From positions 288,001-352,000 of the forward strand of contig OZ252243.1 in NCBI GenBank assembly GCA_965249555.1: DNA of 64,000 nt. The letters are read 5' to 3'. The stretch is from Nitrosopumilus sp. (GTDB lineage Archaea; Thermoproteota; Nitrososphaeria; Nitrososphaerales; Nitrosopumilaceae). This document shows positions 62,341-64,000 of this stretch, one piece after another. The position numbers and the translations under genes were made by a program. The notes beneath the pieces were generated by a model. It was given only the letters and a program-made list of their open reading frames with translations, was not told the origin of the DNA and did not search any database. Position 1 is the stretch's first letter; each line of letters starts with the position of its first letter.

Positions 62341-63222
62341 TTAGAAATACCTAATGTATTTCGTTAACTCTGAATTGTGGTCGTATATATCAAGTGCATG
62401 ATTCCAAGTATTTGCATAAATGCTTACACCACTATACCAAGTTCTTGTTTTATCACCATGAGCCGATATACCGTACCCATTTCCTCGATCCCAAATATCA
62501 TCAAACTGTATTTGACCATTCAAAATTACAAATGTTTCAACATCTGTAATTCTACCATGATGGACTAATCTATACTGATCATAAATAGAATCAAGTATTG
62601 GACTTGGATCATCTTCATCTTGCCATTCTAAGACATATCTAGTTGTACTTTGACTGCTTGAAACTATTTTATCAACACTGATTAGTTGATTTCCACCATT
62701 GACATTATAATACACATGACTTGTCCAACCAGTACCACCAAAAACATCTACAGATGGTTGAACAAATCTAGATATTTGATATTGATTAGTTGTGGCCTGA
62801 GCTTCAGGAATTAGATTCCACATTCCATCAACTTCTACAGTTTCATTTATGACTTGGACATCATCTTTCAAATATGCTTGTTCAATTTCAGCACGTTTTA
62901 TGATTTCACTCATCACATAATCTTTGAATTTAGATATTTGTTGATCATCTAATGTATGACCAACAACACGTTCTATTTTCTCTAATGTTTTATCAAGTGC
63001 CTCATCATATTTTGTCTTTAATTCAACTTTTTTCTCGTCTTTAGATTTGTCTTTTTGATCTTGCTTGACATATTGTTTTACCTCTTTATCTACATCTTTG
63101 AGTAAATCCTTGACAGATTTTTCATTTGATTTGGCATCTGCACTATCCATCATTGAAAATGGTAAAATTAATGCAGTCATCAAAGATGCAAACAGTATTG
63201 TTTTTGCGTTCTTGTACGTCAT
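62341..63222 (-). CDS. Secreted precursor-like protein B
   Basis: Same signal-peptide start as protein A, charged helical region, WNLIPEAQA motif, distinct C-terminal domain. Confidence 0.8.
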   Translation of the reverse strand: MTYKNAKTILFASLMTALILPFSMMDSADAKSNEKSVKDLLKDVDKEVKQYVKQDQKDKSKDEKKVELKTKYDEALDKTLEKIERVVGHTLDDQQISKFKDYVMSEIIKRAEIEQAYLKDDVQVINETVEVDGMWNLIPEAQATTNQYQISRFVQPSVDVFGGTGWTSHVYYNVNGGNQLISVDKIVSSSQSTTRYVLEWQDEDDPSPILDSIYDQYRLVHHGRITDVETFVILNGQIQFDDIWDRGNGYGISAHGDKTRTWYSGVSIYANTWNHALDIYDHNSELTKYIRYF

Positions 63223-63497
63223 TGTATTGTATACAACACCTTGTTATAATACAATTGATAATGACTTGCGGTATGCCTTAAAATAATAAACAAGTTTATG
63301 GCAATTTACTATCTTACAAAGTATACGTAATGCCTGCAGCCCACAAATTGTACGGTTATACCAATAAAACAAAATCAAAGCACCAAAAAAGGTTCTATTA
63401 GATTTATGGAATCTATCCAAACTGCTGCAAACTTGAGTGACCTGTACAATTTTGGTGATCCGGACTCAGAATTCTAAACAGACGTTTCTGACCTTTC

Positions 63498-63746
63498 TTG
63501 ATAGGCTTTTTGTTTTTACCAGTAGATTTTTTGGAATTTCTTAGCCTTCAAGACAAAATTGATGAAAATTCTTTTGATCTTTTAATGGAACTAAAAAGAA
63601 AGCGTAACAAGTTTTATCATAATGGAAAGCCTGTAGCAAAAGATTATGCCGATCGCTGTCTCAAATATGCCATGAGGCTACTTGTTGAGAAAATTCATCC
63701 GTGCATTCATTTATCAGATAATCTGATGCTTACCAAGGTAGCATAA
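63498..63746 (+). pseudogene. HEPN-domain protein remnant (5'-truncated)
   Basis: RKRNKFYHNG (RxxxxH) motif in a helical context; no intact N-terminus. Confidence 0.55.
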
Positions 63747-64000
63747 AGAATAAAGTTAAAATTCTCATTCTATTATTCTATTTAGAAAATATGTTGAGAC
63801 CTGATGACCTGTTCTATCAAATTAAACTAATTTCGAATTTTCAAATGAATTGAAAAAAATAAATTAATTTCCAAGTAAAATTTAATTTTCAAACAAGGGG
63901 GCTTAATTTTGGACTCATTTTAATTTTCATAATTATGATTCTTCTAAAGTATAAAATCACATCTTTGGTTTGATTTAATGGCTCAAAATAGAGGAATGTT

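Larger units (their letters stand above)
61788..62363. repeat. 172-bp perfect inverted repeat (61788-61959 and 62192-62363) with a 232-bp spacer
   Basis: Direct sequence comparison. Confidence 0.95.
60995..63437. repeat. 253-bp direct repeat (60995-61247 and 63185-63437)
   Basis: Near-identical upstream region plus first 12-13 codons of both secreted genes; offset 2190 bp. Confidence 0.95.

Overview
AT-rich archaeal chromosome segment with gene content and order typical of a Nitrosopumilus-like ammonia-oxidising thaumarchaeon. Intact core genes include carAB, cdvC with a CdvB-like gene, citrate synthase, uvrBAC, a probable malonic semialdehyde reductase, purN/folD, ileS, sucCD, rpl40e, ppa, a DEAD-box helicase, tRNA-Val(CAC) with a BHB intron, and tRNA-Thr(TGT). 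There are three accessory regions. (1) About 8.05-10.9 kb: an IS end fragment, a DUF3800 gene with a convergent structured small-RNA candidate, and fused gene remnants. (2) 43.87-48.31 kb: an element integrated at tRNA-Val, with a dead tyrosine integrase, a dead IS, and an intact translationally coupled operon of five tiny paralogous HTH proteins, a winged-HTH protein and an HNH nuclease behind a palindromic operator. (3) About 60-64 kb: two secreted precursor-like proteins sharing a 253-bp promoter/signal-peptide block and an internal PEAxA motif, each followed by a small membrane protein, plus a perfect 172-bp inverted repeat and remnants of a BglI-like nuclease and a HEPN protein. Many dispensable genes and purD are broken while long core genes are intact, suggesting real ongoing genome decay. 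All family assignments come from recognising motifs by eye; no database searches were run.
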